Shown here piece by piece: positions 62,601 through 64,000 of a DNA stretch of 64,000 nucleotides. The DNA lies in IMG/VR virus record IMGVR_UViG_2863298641_000001, one strand, 5' to 3'. A model generated the notes under the pieces. That model was not told the DNA's origin and ran no database searches. It worked only from the letters and a program-made list of their open reading frames with translations. The translations under genes were made by a program, and so were the position numbers. This DNA comes from an uncultured virus (IMG/VR IMGVR_UViG_2863298641_000001). Lineage: Duplodnaviria > Heunggongvirae > Uroviricota > Caudoviricetes. Position 1 is the stretch's first letter, and each line of letters begins with the position of its first letter.

Positions 62601-63860
62601 GTGGCCTACGCCGAAAAGGTCTTCAAGGTCCGCAACGGGAAGAAGACCACCAAGTTCACGTGGCGCGTCAAGTACAAGAGACCTGACGGCAGCTGGGGCT
62701 CGGAGTCGGGCTTCCCCACCAAGAAGCTCGCAGAGGACTGGGGCGACCAGCAGGAGGCTGCGATCCGTGAAGGCCGCTGGGTCGACCCCGACCTGGCGCG
62801 CACCACGTTCGGCACGTTCGTCGCCGAGTGGATGGAAGCACAGAAGCCGCGCGGCCGGACGACGATGAACCGGTGGGAGCGCCTGGAGACGCACCTCCTT
62901 CCCAAGTGGAAGGACACGCCGCTCATCGCGCTCAACTGGTTCGACGTCGAAGCCTGGGCCCGGGTGCTGGCGCTCACGGTGGCCCGCAGCACGGTGCGGG
63001 ACTGCGTGCAGCTGATGAGCCGCATCGTCAATGGGGCCGTCGACAAGCGCTACCTGACCGTGAACCCGCTCGCTGGCCGTCGCCTCACCGGCCTGCCCGC
63101 CGACATCGTGAAGAAGAAGTCGGACGAGGAGCAGGTCTTTGAGCCTGAGGTGGTGCTGCAGCTGGCCCGGCGTCTCGGCCCGGTGTACGGGCTGCACGTC
63201 GTCACCGCCGCCTGGACGGGGCTGCGGTGGGAAGAGCTGACGGGCCTGCACCGGCGCAACGCGCTGCTGGAACGGCGGCAGAAACACGACGGCGGCGAGT
63301 TCACCTGCCCGGTCATCCGCATCGACAAGACCGACGGCGCGCTCGCCGAGTACACGGTCCGCACCAACGAAGGCAAGCGGAAGGCATACCGCGGCCTCGA
63401 GCCACCGAAGAACCAGAAGAGCGCCCGGGATGTGGACGTGCCGCCGTTCCTCGCCCAACTGCTGGAGAAGCACCTCGCCGACTGGCCGCACGACTTCGTG
63501 TTCACGACGAAGAAGGGCACCTGGTGGTGGCGCAGCTACTGGTTCGAGGTGCTGCGCCCCGCCGCCGACGGGCGGGACGAGCGCCTCCCGGGCCGCGGCC
63601 GGCCCGCCTGCCCGGAGTGGGAGCCGATCGCGCGGGGCCTAACGATGCGGGACCTCAGGCACACGCACGACTCGTGGCAGGAGCAGATCGGGGTGGCGCC
63701 GGTGCTGGGGTACGAACAGATGGGGCACAAGTACCCTGGCATCAAGGGCACGTACCGCCACCCGACGCCGCCGATGCGCAAGCAGCGGTTGCAGGGGTTG
63801 CAGGAGCTGTATGAGCGGGCGATGCGGAACCTGGGGTGGGGGAGCATCTGGGAGGGCTAG
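62601..63860 (+). CDS. int: Tyrosine integrase
   Basis: N-terminal arm-binding domain (WRVKY..PDG...GFPTK), TGLRWEEL, PPK...R, RDLRHTH, MGH, Y. Confidence 0.95.
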   Translation: MAYAEKVFKVRNGKKTTKFTWRVKYKRPDGSWGSESGFPTKKLAEDWGDQQEAAIREGRWVDPDLARTTFGTFVAEWMEAQKPRGRTTMNRWERLETHLLPKWKDTPLIALNWFDVEAWARVLALTVARSTVRDCVQLMSRIVNGAVDKRYLTVNPLAGRRLTGLPADIVKKKSDEEQVFEPEVVLQLARRLGPVYGLHVVTAAWTGLRWEELTGLHRRNALLERRQKHDGGEFTCPVIRIDKTDGALAEYTVRTNEGKRKAYRGLEPPKNQKSARDVDVPPFLAQLLEKHLADWPHDFVFTTKKGTWWWRSYWFEVLRPAADGRDERLPGRGRPACPEWEPIARGLTMRDLRHTHDSWQEQIGVAPVLGYEQMGHKYPGIKGTYRHPTPPMRKQRLQGLQELYERAMRNLGWGSIWEG

Positions 63861-63886
63861 TCTCCTGAATCTCTCCTAAACGATCA
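63861..63886 (+). promoter_or_regulatory. Putative integrase arm-type binding site
   Basis: Matches 173-198 at 24/26 positions. Confidence 0.7.
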
Positions 63887-63974
63887 GTTTCCGCAGTGGA
63901 CACGTCAAGACTCTGAGGTTCCGTTGCTGGTCAGGGCCTCGTCGGCGAGGCTTTCGTGGTGTCTGATCACTTCA

Positions 63975-64000
63975 GCGATGATGAAGTTCAGGAACTTCTC
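63975..64000. repeat. att core, right copy
   Basis: Identical to 1-26. Confidence 0.85.

Larger units (their letters stand above)
1..64000. mobile_element. Complete temperate siphovirus-like prophage of an actinomycete (probably Streptomyces)
   Basis: Terminal 26-bp direct repeat. Integrase, immunity, replication, packaging, head, tail and lysis modules are all present in canonical order, with high-GC codon usage. Confidence 0.95.

Noticed and set aside
63640..63670. Integrase inactivated because HxxR reads RDLR
   Set aside because: The first His is variable among tyrosine recombinases, and the other catalytic residues are present.

Overview
The window is essentially one complete temperate siphovirus-type prophage (or a circularised phage contig) from a high-GC actinomycete, most likely Streptomyces. 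It is bounded by an identical 26-bp direct repeat at 1-26 and 63975-64000, which gives a 63,974-bp unit. Reading right to left, mostly on the minus strand: a tyrosine integrase with the repressor/cro/xis switch (60.8-63.9 kb); early recombination and replication genes (RecE-like nuclease, AAA ATPase, C5 methylase, iteron-containing initiator, DnaC-like loader, DnaB; 44-60 kb); an unexpected ~10-kb plasmid/AICE-like transfer module (34-44 kb); extra virion genes upstream of the terminase; packaging, head and tail genes (9-33.5 kb); a lysis cassette; a secreted metalloprotease; a serine resolvase; and a cluster of small regulators (0.4-9 kb). The most striking feature is the transfer module. It holds a TraB/FtsK-type DNA translocase, a directly adjacent array of about 12 8-bp repeats resembling a clt locus, Spd-like membrane proteins and its own divergent autoregulator, all inside a phage with an apparently full virion gene set. 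This suggests a phage able to spread by Streptomyces-type dsDNA conjugation or intramycelial transfer as well as by particles (inference). All product calls come from motif recognition by eye, and no database searches were run.
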